Shown here: piece by piece, positions 40,401 through 53,170 of the stretch
Position numbering within the stretch: position 1 is the stretch's first letter
Layout: each line of letters begins with the position of its first letter
NCBI GenBank assembly: GCA_028023455.1
Contig: JAQFVV010000006.1
Location: 7,254,001 to 7,318,000, forward strand
Direction of reading: 5' to 3'
Length of the DNA: 64,000 nt
Source of the DNA: Epiperipatus broadwayi
Taxonomy: Eukaryota; Animalia; Onychophora
Program-made: the position numbers and the translations under genes
The notes under the pieces: generated by a model
What the model was told of the DNA's origin: nothing
Databases searched by the model: none
What the model saw: the letters and a program-made list of their open reading frames with translations, nothing else

Positions 40401-41856
40401 GACTTGAGACTTTGAGACTTAACAAAAAAACAATACAAACGCTTCATACTTCTTAATGAAGTATGGAGAGATGTATGTTAAGTGTAATAAGAGAAGATCA
40501 AAGATGAAATGCATGGATAAGAAAACAAACAGTTATCACTGACAGAATTAAGAGAATGAAATGGAACTGGGCTCAATAAGTTATATATAATAATAGACTG
40601 ACAGTTTAAGTGTTAAGAAACTGTAAAAAACAGAGACTATATATGAGATAGATGAATGAAATGAGAAAGTTTGCTGACATGTTGTAGAGAAAAGAGGAAG
40701 CATTGGAGAAACTGGGTTAAACATGGAGAGGCAATCCTGCAGTGGATTGAGGATGTTTATGATTTTTAATAATAAAAACGCAGAAGAATATTTTGCCACA
40801 AACCCTATTCCAACTGACGGCCTTAGATATAAAAAAACAATCTTACATTTTAAGCCTTGATTTAGTTAGGTTTAATAGATTGCAAAAAAAAATCTCCAGA
40901 TCAGTTTCTGCATTTTGCCTTTAACTACAATGACTTTGGATTCAAAATTGGAACCAATTTTTTGCTATCAAGCTAAAAGCTTAAAATTTTTAAAAAATAC
41001 CAAGGATTTAAACTCAAGCCAATCTGATTATATAATTATACAGATCTGACTCCATGTCTGTAATCTCAATGCTTTTCTAGGTGTAGGCACTTGTTTCTCT
41101 AGCTAGGAATGGTAATATCATCATAACATCTGGCTTTTTAGCTTACTGCACTAAGGCCATCTATTGGAAGTTTGAGTAACCAGTAATTATCAAGTTCATG
41201 TACAATGAAAGCATGCTCGCAAATATTCATACACAACATGCAAATAGATATACTCTATTAGTTATTTCCGGGGGGGGGGGGCATTGTGATATAAACAGTA
41301 AAGTAGTCTTACATTACATGAAAATCTATAAATATGTGGATGTGAGTGAGCTTAAAATTATTTAAAAATTAATTAAAAGGTAAAATAAATTAGTTGATGA
41401 CGAAAGTAACTATTGAAAAATCTAAAACAACAACAATAACATATTTTTTGTCAATTAACCTGCATGCATTCTAAAGATCCAACCCAAGTTGTTTTATTGC
41501 ATAGCTGCCTTCCACACCAAACGGGTCGGTGAATCCTCTGAAGCACTTGCGCGCGGGCAGCACTCAGAATAACGTACCCATTGGTTTCACAACCTTTCAG
41601 AAGCACTTGACTATTTATCAGTTCAACTGAAAAAAAAAAAAATATTCATTTTTAAAAAAATAAATAATTAAAATCGTTTATTCAAAGAAAAAAAATGTTT
41701 ATTTTACAATTATTAACTGCTGGTCATTATTCATCAGATACACTGACGAAATCTTTACAAAAAGGATGTTATTAAGTACTTCAAAAGTGTCAAATTGTTG
41801 GCATAATGCCTTTGTTGATTCGTCTCCCCATGTGAATGATATGTGGCTGGCCTTAC

Positions 41857-41900
41857 GTCTGCCAGAAAAAATGCGGCATTGCAGGGGTATTTTAAAACAA
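41857..41900 (-). CDS. Candidate exon (xVLKYPCNAAFFLAD), phase 1-0
   Basis: Donor GAC|gtaagg, acceptor gtaaatag, open frame joining in phase to YYATVDPG of the next exon. Confidence 0.45.
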
Positions 41901-41978
41901 CTATTTACAATCTCACATTTAAAATATTACATTCAGTGAAGAATCAATTATGTAGTTTACCTTAGTATCAAAACCTAC

Positions 41979-41991
41979 CGGACCTTTCTGA
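41979..41991 (-). CDS. Candidate 13-nt microexon (SERS+G), phase 0-1; an alternative donor gives 31 nt (41961-41991)
   Basis: Acceptor atttgcttctag, donor CCG|gtaggt; phase bridges the 42571 and 41900 candidates. Confidence 0.3.
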
Positions 41992-42570
41992 CTAGAAGCA
42001 AATATATATATTTAATTTTAAAAAAAACAACACACATAATAGAAAGCTAATATTAGGTAAATTCTTGGTAATTTATTTTATATTCAATAACATCTCATTT
42101 GGATAATAGAAAGTTTACCAATAAAAAAAGTTTATCAATAAAATAAGATAATCACATAACTATATTCGAACATAGTACTCGCCATAAATTTAAAAAAAAA
42201 CAACAATCTTTTTTTGTTGTTGTTGTAGAAATGCTTCTAAAAATGTTTGTTTTTACTTTTTTTTCAAATGATAAATTTATTTATCATTTCCAAATATACC
42301 CATAAGTTTATCATAACAGATTGTGCGCATTTGAAAGGTAATGATGTCTGATTTTAAAATATATATTTATATAACATGTGTCAATATTTTCGAATTAACA
42401 TTTAAGATAATAAAATATGTACCCACCCTCTACAGATTCAAAACTACACGTATACAGTTAGAATAAACAAATATAAGTTTATCAACCTATTTGGTAGATT
42501 AAAAATTGTGACTTTTCTTTGTTTCAGGTATAGTAGATGTATATTTGCACCTAGTAAGACAGAATTTTAC

Positions 42571-42659
42571 CTTTGAGTTTGCTATATTTATACTTATATC
42601 GATAGGTTTCCATTCTGTATTAGAATGAAAGAATATATCTGTCAATATGTAATTCATTT
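42571..42659 (-). CDS. Candidate exon (xMNYILTDIFFHSNTEWKPIDISINIANSK), phase 1-0
   Basis: Strong acceptor ctcttttacag, donor AAG|gtaaaa, open frame; phase-compatible with the downstream chain. Confidence 0.5.
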
Positions 42660-43038
42660 CTGTAAAAGAGATTGTATTATAACCATTTAAAGGGTTACAT
42701 AAAGTGAGATTTATAAGTATGTATATAAAAGTTACAAAAAAAGTATACATATATGTATTAACACTCCTATTTTATTTGGAGATCTTTGAAGACAGCATTG
42801 AAATAATGATCCTTCAACTTTATTTCTCTCTACCCATGGCTGCTTGTAGCGTTATTTTTTCAGTTTGTGTGCATTTTGATGGCAGAAACAACTGATTTAT
42901 TAATTTAGAAAAATTTGAAGAAGGCAGAAATCTACAGATAAAATGAAGTACAAAGGTTCCAAACCATACCTACAAGAGTACTGACTGACTGGGAGCAGTT
43001 ATGAGGATAATTGCACAATTAACTGCTTTATTGTAAGC

Positions 43039-43224
43039 CAGTGGTTCTAAACTTATGGGTAGTGACCCCTTTGAAGGTCGAACAATCCTTTCGCAGGGGT
43101 TGCCTAAGACCATTGGAAAACACATTTTCGATTCATAACAGTAGCAAAATTAAAGGTTGGGGGTCACCACAACATAAGGAACTGTATTAAAGGGTCACGG
43201 CATTAGGAAGGCTGACAGCCACTG
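43039..43224 (+). mobile_element. hAT/Charlie-type MITE resembling SPIN/URR1 non-autonomous elements
   Basis: CAGTGGTTCT...CCACTG termini, perfect 8-bp TSD TTGTAAGC, internal blocks gacccctttg..ggtcgaac, cctaagaccattggaaaacac, gattcataacagtagcaaaatta, ggttgggggtcaccacaacat, aggaactgtattaaagggtc match my recollection of the consensus. Confidence 0.85.
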
Positions 43225-44941
43225 TTGTAAGCAATCAGTAAAAAAATTATCACTTTCATAGTTTATATATTTATGACTATTTTTATACAATATTTGTATA
43301 ATATTTAAAAACAAAAGTCTACATGATTGACTACACTTTGATTTTATTCAAATGTTTTATTTTTAAAAATAGAAGTTAACAAATTCAGTCATAATGATAA
43401 ACAGAAAACTATGTGGTAATATTTATAAAGCCCCTTTAAAAAGACATTTCAACACAGTAGTCTGTAATGTTTGTTAAAATTATAAATGTAATTTTAAATT
43501 TTAGAACAGAAGTCGACAAATTTATGACAGCTTCACATTTATTCATTCATACGTTAAGAATAAAGTTTAATTAACAAAGATTCCATTAATTTTCTTCTTT
43601 TCATTGGCTGTATTGACTTTCCTTTTACTCTGCCCAATCAGACAAAATTCATTTGTTCTCCTTATGTATTATTTTTAATATTTTCTATATTTGCAAAGTT
43701 CAAATATGATTTTTTAGGGTGTTTTTTGTTTGTAATCTTATATTTCTAATAAATCAAGTCTGTTTTACTAATTTCTAATAAAGAATAAAGGTTTAACTGG
43801 TAGCTTTTTCATTGTGAGGGACTTCGTAGGGGGGAAGTGAGAAGAAATGCTGAAGTTAATTTGCTTGTACAGTCATCTACTAAAATATTTTGTATATTTT
43901 TTTAAATTGCAAAGTTCCGCATATAGTTTATTTTAATTCTCTAAAAATCTAAAGACATCAGAATAAATAAGATGATTTCAAAGTAATTTAACTATGCCTT
44001 GATGTTTCTTTTAGTGTTATAGGACTTTCATGTGCTTTGTGAGATTATTTTGAGAAAATTTTTAGAATGACTAAAAACCTGATGTTTTTTTTTTCTGCAA
44101 AGTTAAAATTCATGATTATTTTTGCCCAATAATTGTGTCATCATAATTAAAAATCAAAAGTATTCATGATTGCACATTTATTTTATATGTAAATATTTTA
44201 CTTTTAAAATTAGGTTATAGCATATAAAAGCGATTTACCCAAAGTTAGCCTAACATTAGCAAAACAAATTAAGAAGTTCCAGTAATCATGTCTTTTCAAA
44301 CTAATAATTAACACATTATGACCGACTATCTGTTAGAACTTAACGTAAAAATTACACAATTATTTTTTGATATTTTAAAATGTAATTTGGTAGATTTATC
44401 AGATATTGACAGTATGCAGATGGGTAAATACTAAAATCAAATGTTGAATGATTACAAAAATTGTCACTAGGGAGAACAATGGAAATGTTTTTATCAGTTG
44501 AAAAGTTTTAAATTACAAAAAAAAATGTGATTGTGAGCCAATGATCTTCTGCCACCCTATGACTATATGAAATCATACAGAACACTTCAAGATTTACAAT
44601 TATAAAATTCACAATTCATAAAACCAAACTTTTGTTCCATTTAAAATAAAATATACATTCAAGCCATATCATTAATTACATAAATATAGCCGTGTCTAAT
44701 TTAGCACAATGATAGAGTGTCAGACCAGAGGATAAAAGTTCCAGAATTAATTTTAAACTGAAGAACTGAATGAAACCATTAAATTATCAATTTGAGCCAG
44801 GATGCTTGAATTTCATATGGTGTCCTAAGCAATGAACTATACAATTACATTTTACTTTTTACTACGTATTACCATTAATCACCTGATATGATTTATGTAT
44901 TCTTCATTCATTTTTACAAGTGTAAAACTACATTAAATGTG

Positions 44942-45055
44942 GGTGCTAATTTACTATGCGATCTCCACCATTTTGAATTTCAAAAATTAACAAAAATGTC
45001 ATCTGATACATTTTTGAAATTCAAAATGGTGGAGATCGCGTACTACATTAGCACC
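44942..45055. mobile_element. Small MITE with about 46-bp terminal inverted repeats
   Basis: gcgatctccaccattttgaatttcaaaaat / atttttgaaattcaaaatggtggagatcgc. Confidence 0.8.
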
Positions 45056-46689
45056 TAAAAAGTGTATTGCTAAAAAATACCATATGAAGTGATTCAAACA
45101 TTAAAAATGAATTAAAGTAATACAAATTTAAATGAACAATTAATTCAGAAGAATTTAAAAAAATGGATTTAAAAAAAGTATTCCGCTGAATTTTCATTTA
45201 TAATTGAACCAAATCAAGATTAAAAAGAATTGTTACAAAAGAGTGCAAGAAAAATTTAAATACTTAAAGATCAATATTATATGGCTAGCACAATTACAGT
45301 TTTAAAAGATTCCAATCTTTATCCAGTTTGGGTTTAAACCCTAAATTAGGGACATGACAGGGCTAGATTAAGGTACCATGATTAAAAAATGATACTTGAC
45401 CACTGCCAGCAAAAGGCTGCTAATCCTTCCTTTAACACATTTTTCAAAACATTTCACTTTAATCTATATCATACAATTTAAGCAGCATTGATATTTTAAG
45501 CTACATATAAAATAAGAAGCCCTTACATCATTAAAAAATGCTAAATGTAAAATAAATATCAACTACTACTAATAAAATATATATCTGGTTCTATGAGATC
45601 ACACGCCACTTATATGGTTAAAATATAAAACACATTTAACTTCAACTGACAAAAGCAACTTTGTCCCCCCTCCCCCTTTTGTTTAGCCAGAAATCATTCT
45701 AAGCATCATTTTTTGATTAACATGCAAATTTATTCATCAAGTCAATTTACATATAAAAAAATTCTAACGGCTTTATTGCTCCGGGAGTTCTTAAAAGTTC
45801 TAGTGTCAGAACCGATCCTGGGACATCCCAATCTCAAGTTGGATGCCCTATCAATTGCACAGAATGTCCTATATATATATATATAAAGTATATAGTGAAC
45901 AAGTATCATCAGACTCTCTCTACCTATTTTCATTCTCTATATTTGGAGCATAATTCATTCCATTAGTTCTACTCTAGAGCCACCTATTGCAAGCTTACAC
46001 AATTAGTGAAGGTTAGCAGTGCTACGGCTATTAGATATATAGAGGGAAAACTTGATGCTATTCACCACAGAAGGCCAAAAGACAAAAAAAATTAGGCCAC
46101 CTAATGTCCATTAATTACTCAAGCATGCAAAAGATGGCTCTTCTGTAGAGTAAATACAGGTTTATTACTGATCATAATGCACACTTTTGTATAAGGTGAT
46201 TATAGAAGATATTTGATATTACACGCGAGAAAGAGAAACGTGAATGACTCCATGTGTGTGTGTTTAATTTTTTTTAAAAATCAGATATATTAATCTTTAA
46301 CTGAGGTTTAAAGTTTATATCTGCGCTAGAGACAATCTCTAATTTAGTAAATGATTGGAGATAATCATTGCTGTATTTATCTGGAGAGGTTAGTGTCAAA
46401 GTTGCGGATGAAGTAAGTTTGACACTAACAATAGAAGATAAAAAATAAATTGGAAGACATTACTGAAATAAAATTGAATAACGTTTCATGTACGAGTATA
46501 AACTAAAACATCTTTACAACACAGAACCAGTGGGTTAGGAAGCTGTTTTATTCAATAAGTAATAATTATAATTGGAAGTAAATACTTTTAAACTCTCAGC
46601 CAGAAAACAGGTTGGGTAAATTAGGCAAATGAGTGCTACAAACCAAATAGAAACAATTCTATTACCATCATACACTCAAATAAGCATCT

Positions 46690-47420
46690 TATTCTTAAGA
46701 AGCAATTGTTTGTCAAATGACTAACTTGCATACTGCTATTTTAGCAGCCCACACTTTTCTTTCACCACCTATATACCACTTATTATAACTTTTAATAAGT
46801 AATAGATATGATGATTTAATAAATCTCTATTCTGTGCTGCACTATCTAATATCCCCAGACAAGTTTGAAGCTTATAGCTCTCATCAGTTAGGATCTTTGG
46901 ATTTGGGATTAGCATACCTGGATTTTTAGGATCTAATGCCTCTTCCTGTTGGCAGTCAAGATTTCCTGTTATACTCTCAAACTGTCAGTCTAACTTAAAA
47001 AAAATATATAAATGTTTTCAATCTTAGCCGACTTGATTGTATAGTCAGTTTCTATACAATATGGTGTCCTTAGTTTTTTAATAATTAAAGACACTTCTAT
47101 TCGGTGGCCTGGTGAAAACCAACAAAATATCACATGAATCTAGCTTATCCATGGTTTTTTTTAGCAGCATATATTTTTCTTTCACCACCTCTATGCCACT
47201 TACTGAAGCTTTACTAAGTAAAAGATGCCAGATGATAGTGCTTAATAAATCTTTACTCTGAGCTGCCATATCCAATATCTCTGGTCGAGTTTCAAACTTC
47301 CCCAAGGCTTTCATCAGTGAAGAGCTTTGGATTAGACACTAAAGGTCTAGGTGCATTGATCCAAAATCCAAACCTCCACATTGATGAGAACCATAAGCTT
47401 GAAACTAGTCTGGGGATATT
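46690..47420. mobile_element. Family A: two minus monomers (hammerheads about 426 bp apart) plus an inverted plus copy
   Basis: Hammerhead motifs at 46852-46894 (-), 47271-47325 (-) and 47374-47416 (+). Confidence 0.8.
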
Positions 47421-48744
47421 AAAAAAAAAAATCCTAAAAAAACTTGGCAAAAAGTTTTATTTGGCCCAGATTTGAACCGAGTTGTTTAATTTTTTTTTTG
47501 TTTACGTCAATAGAAAATAATAAAACTATTTAGGATATACTCATAATTAGTTATAATTCTTTTTTTTATTTTAAAGTATATCAAAGATGCTAACACTTAA
47601 AAATCTATAGATACAGAGATTTAATTATGTTAAGTTAGAAGACAGAAGATTAAGTTAGGAAAAAAAAATACATTTTATAAGGAACTTTTAAAGTTTTATA
47701 AATTACCACTTTATTATAACATTTTAAAAAGCACAAATTCCATTTTAATATATTCTAATCAACTTACTCAACCAGTTTTTATATAATACATCGTCAGTTT
47801 GACATGCGGCGACTCCATGAAGTTGCTCAATACTGCCACCAGATGTCTATAAATGTAAATTCAACTGGATATACAAATAGCGCAAAGCAATACATATATA
47901 TATATAATCGACTAGAGATTCTAATAATAATAATGTTCTTTTTGAAAAAAAAAAAAGGAATTAATAATAATACGAACTGACATTTAAAATTAAAATAAGT
48001 AAGATTAAAAAACATTTTAATAATTAAGTTAATATTTGATTTAATCTTTATACGCAGAACATTGTTAAATAACTGATGCATAATTAAAAATGATAAGTAA
48101 TTATATATTTATAAACAATAAAAGTTCACGTACGATTCTTACATCTCCACTGAATTTTTCGCCATTTAATATTAACAGTAAATTTTCAATTTTTTTAAAA
48201 AAAAGATTAACAACCTTTTAAAAACCAGCTGCAAGGCAAAATACTTTTCAATAGCACCCCGTGAAATAAGAATGAAGGAGTTTTACATTCATTTGTTATC
48301 CTCTAACAAATATTAATCAGATACCCGTTTACTAACCAATGTTAGATAGTTAGCTAGTGGTATGGCTATAAGTTGGCTACCTAAAAAAAATCCTATTATT
48401 TCGCCTAGATTTGAACCCAAGCCACAAGCATAGCATGACATCTGCATTATGAGGCAATTCACAATGCAATAATATGTGGATTTATATTTTGTGATATTAT
48501 ATTAATCACAATAATATAAGACTTGATTCATATAAATAAGAACATAAGCGTTGCTAATGGGGAGAAGGTGGGAAATTTGGTGCAAGTGAAGAGAACTGAT
48601 TGAGTTAAAAAGATTTTTTTCCCAGAATATACAACTGCATGTTCGAAGTATAACGGCAATAATACTTATTTCTAGAAGCATATCATAGTAATTAATGATA
48701 AATCTTTTTAACTTTTGGTTTTAAAATAGTGTTATATATTATAT

Positions 48745-50060
48745 ATAGAAGAGACTTAAACCCAGACTTTCAAGCTCCCTACCGCTATGCACTCCATCTT
48801 AGATAACTAACACACATGACCACATATATGTGGAAAAGATAAATGTGATCTCTTAATATGCATATTTTGGGATAATCCAGAACTCATTAGTTAGTCCAAG
48901 ATTTCCATCTCCCGAACATATATACAATCAGTGCTCAGTCTATTTTAAGATAACAAATCTTCAAACTTTAATGGACAAGCTTCAATCTTCTCCATCCTCC
49001 AACCCTTCAAACATCCATATTATTGAAAAATTTGAGGATGGAATGCTCAAAGCCCTTGTTGATGCTAATATTATTGTCATACCCATGTTGACTTCAAGTC
49101 ACTCTGATATCTCACATGTAGACCTAAATATGTCCAATTTAAATACACAGCAAAGAGATGGGCAGAATACAGGCTCAATATGCAATATCCAAATGTAAGT
49201 ATATTGTCTATACTAAACAATGTAATTAGAAGGTACATGAACTCAATACTTTCAAGCTCCCTACAGCTATGCACTCTATCTTATACAACTGATACACATG
49301 ACCACTTACATGTAGAAAAGATAAATGACCTTCAATATATATATATATATATTGTGCTGAACTAGCACTATTCAGTTGGTCCAGATCATGATCTCCCAAT
49401 CACACATGTATACAATCAGTGCTCAGTCTACAATAAGATAGCAACTTTTCAACTTTAATGAATAAGCTTTAATCTTTTTCAACCTCCAACTCTTCAGCCA
49501 TCCATGATGGAACGCTCAAAGCCCTTGCTGATGCCAATATTTTTGTCATTGTTTAGTGTAGACAATATACTTAAATTTGAATATTACACATTCAGCCTGT
49601 ATTCTGCCCATCCCTCTTCTGTATATTTAAATGGATACATTAAGGTCCTATATGAGAGGGGTCAGAGTGACTTAAAATCAACATGAGTATGCCAATAATA
49701 TTGGCATCACAGGGTTTTGAGCAATCCATCATCTGATTTTCAATGATATGGATGGCTGAAAAGTTGGAGGGTGAAGAAGATTGAAGCCTGTCCATTAAAA
49801 TTTGAATATTTGCTATCTTAATATAGACTGAGCACTGATTGTATATATGTGTGGCAGATGGTGATGTGGATCAACTGATGGGTTAGCCTAGTTCAGCATG
49901 AAGTATATATATTGGAGATCATTTATCTTTTCCACATGTATAGGACCATGTGTATCAGTTGTAAAAGATAGGGTGCATAGCTGTAGGGGGCTTGAAAGTC
50001 TGAGTTCAAATGCCTTCTAATTACATTGTTTAATGTAGACAATATACTTATGTTTGAAAA
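48745..50060. mobile_element. Family B: two minus units (about 481 bp period) plus a plus-strand monomer
   Basis: Degenerate hammerheads at about 48845-48900 (-), 49325-49390 (-) and 49862-49920 (+). Confidence 0.9.
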
Positions 50061-50144
50061 TTATATATATATTGTCTCCCTAAAATAAAATATTACAACT
50101 AGACAATAATAATACAGCCAGGAACATTTTGCTTTTTACCAACA

Positions 50145-50910
50145 CTATCTGTAAAAATATTCATTTTTACAAAGCACAGACGGTATTGAAATTAAACTGA
50201 GACAGAGAATTTAACAAGAAAAGAGTGGTTCCACTCTCTTCTTTACTTGTCTTTCTATATATCCAAGCCAGTCCAAAGTACTTAGATCTGAAAGCGTGAA
50301 TCTTAAATATCTTCACACTCAACTCACTGAGTTCTAATTATAAACATACATCGAAAAACTACTGCTTAGTAAATCGAAAGATTTCATGTTGTATGTTTAT
50401 AATTAGAACTCAGTGAGTTGAGTGTGAAGATATTTAAGATTCACGCTTTCAGATCTAAGTACTTTGGACTGGCTTGGATATATAGAAAGACAAGTAAAGA
50501 AGAGAGTGGAACCACTCTTTTCTTGTTAAATTCTCTGTCTCAGTATTTGCGATCTGATTGGCTAAGCGCTTGAGAGGTTTGCACTCTCTCAGTTTAATTT
50601 CAATACTGTCTGCGCTTTGTAAAAATAAATATTATTTACATATATTGCTGCAAGTTATAACATTGAAAAACTACTGCGTAGTAAATCGAAAGATTTCACG
50701 CTGTATGTTTATAATTAGAACTCAGTGAGTTGAGTGTGAAGATATTTAAGATTCATGCTTTCAGATCTAAGTACTTTGGACTGGCTTGGATATATAGAAA
50801 GACAAGTAAAGAAGAGAGTGGAACCACTCTTGTTAAATTCTCTGTCTCAGTATTTGCAATCTGATCGGCTAAGCACTTGAGAGATTTGCACTCTCTCAGT
50901 TTAATTTCAA
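50145..50910. repeat. Young unclassified repeat: inverted copy plus tandem units of about 312 bp
   Basis: 50190-50350 is a near-perfect reverse complement of 50390-50555; the unit restarts at 50352 and 50664. Confidence 0.9.
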
Positions 50911-51012
50911 CACTCTATCATGAAACTATTTCTAAAAACAACCGCACCAAATTCAAAATCTAAATAATTTTGGTAAATAGAATCACCAATAAGAGTTTTT
51001 TTTTAGAGCCAT

Positions 51013-51090
51013 CAGTGGTTCACAACCTTTCTATGTTTGCGACCCCCATATTCAGACTGAAAATTTTACATGACCCATTATATCTTAGTA
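51013..51090 (+). mobile_element. Probable truncated hAT/Charlie-type terminus
   Basis: CAGTGGTTCACAACCTTT...GCGACCCC; no matching right end found. Confidence 0.45.
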
Positions 51091-51819
51091 ACATCTTATT
51101 ATAAGCATATAGGGTGGTCGTAATAAGTCATTTTACCACATTCAAATATGTAAAGAAATAACTGACACACTTCATTTCTATGAAATGTAACAAATCATAA
51201 ATAGTGTGCTAAGATGCATGCATCTGTAAGAGAAAATTACAAATTTGGAAAAAAAAAAAGCACTATTTATGATTATATTGTATACAAACGATTTTATGTT
51301 ATATTTTAGTAGATATGATTTGATATAATATCTTTAAAAACAGCATATTAGAAAAAAAAGTAAACAATACTTAGTTCTTAGTAGATCTGTTGAGATTTGT
51401 AACAAATGCAACTTTTTAAGCCTGTTTTAAAAAATGTGTACATTCAATGTTAGGAGGATATTAGCACGAAAAACGAAATTCTGAGAGTGAGTACGAGAAA
51501 TGTGAGCAATATAAGTAAAGTATCATTATGATGTGCTGTATATACAAAACAGATTGGAATATAATGAAGAGGTGTTTAAACACAAAAATGGTCAAAGACA
51601 ATAATGAGTTGAGCAGTTTTCATGTATTTTTTAATAGTGTTTAGGGTTTTTCGATTAAAAATTTATTATCCAACGTGAGAACTCGAAATTTTCACAATCC
51701 TCAACAATTATTCTGTATTCGTTAGTGTCTATGTGTTATTTCCGAAGCTTAGTTACTGAGAAATGTTTGTAATTTCCAAGTTCCTTTTTGTGATCTACAA
51801 ATCTGAACTAAAACACGAC

Positions 51820-53170
51820 TAATATTCATCAGTAAATTCTATAACTGTTCTTAAATTATGGATGAAATCTACTTTCCTAACCATTTCTCTATTTTGTCAT
51901 CTGCTTCTTTTTATATATCTGCGATGACGCTATTACTTCTTGGAACTTTTCTCCATTTTTCATTTAAAATGATGTTGAAATTGTGTGATTTATGTTGATT
52001 TCTTGTTATTTACTACTATATAATTATGAAATTCTTCCTTAAATTTCATGATGTCATTCCCCTTTTTAGTACGATTATCATCATCTTATTATGGCCAAAA
52101 TTCCTCTTTTTACTAAGATTATTATCTTCATCTTATTATTGCTAAAATAAATTTTATTAGGAAGTCATTTTATATCTTTGAGGCTTTTATTCTCTTCTAT
52201 GGTTTTTCTTACAATTTCACAATTACATTTACTATTTTTATCATCAACATTTTTTCCCATGATTTACAGAATTACAGATATTCAGTTCTTCTCAAGGAGT
52301 TATTTTTAAATACTTTTATATTCCTTCCTGCATACATTTGATATTAATTACTAAATTGCTCTGTCTTGTTACTATTGCATAGCTAAATTTTTGGGACTTT
52401 CAATTATCTTTTTGCTGATCTTATTCATACCCCGAGTCATTTTGTAATTAGTACTTCTAAAAAAAATATCAAATGTTAATACTATCACCCTATATATTTT
52501 TACCTCCATAGTCTTACAATAACCCACATCTTACATCTCATTAATTGATGATTTATTTTCTGTAATTCAATTCTACTATTATGTCCTATGGATGCTTACA
52601 TATGCCTTTCTGTCAAAATATAATTAGCTTTATTCTACCAATCATTTGAATGTTTCCATGTTCGTTTTACCCCTTTCCCCAAGAAAAACCAAAACAAAAC
52701 TCTTTCCACAAAATTCGCACATCTATGTTTTAACTCGTGTCTGTCTCCATATGCAAATTTCCCTAAAAATGTTTTCTGTTATCAAATTTTAACACTAAAA
52801 TCTCCCATCTAATTTTAAATTGTCATTGTTTTTGTTTAAAACCATTCTGTGCTCCTCTGTGAAAGACCTTTTTTAAATGAAACTGAGAATTTATTGGGAC
52901 ATAAATCTGAATTATATTGTTAATCTGTTGATATAACAAAAATCCTTCCAATAGTGCTCTTCCATTTATTTGTCAATAAATACTGCTCTTTGCTCTCAAT
53001 ATTTGTACCTTTATTGTAGAATATATTTTTCAAATCACCTCTTTATTTTTTTTCTTAATTTCATCAAGTTCAGTAATATCATATTTAATATCAAAGTTTT
53101 AGTTCCAAATTATGAAATTTTTGTTCACTTAAAAATGATCTATAGTTATGCGTAGAGAAACAAAATGTCA
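51820..53170 (-). mobile_element. Decayed, internally deleted RTE-like LINE (endonuclease region)
   Basis: STHNYRSFLSEQK, GRIFVI..IIQIYVP, MGDFSVK..LGKFAYG, NYILT motifs with stops. Confidence 0.7.

Larger units (their letters stand above)
37850..40580 (+). mobile_element. Near full-length but decayed RTE-clade LINE (APE endonuclease + RT), interrupted by two insertions
   Basis: KLQEMEE..IVGLCEVR, IQVYGPSS, PISSLSILYKILTG, FVDCEK.FD, GAISPKLFTAVL, F.DD.IV, YGLET, MKWNW. Confidence 0.9.
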
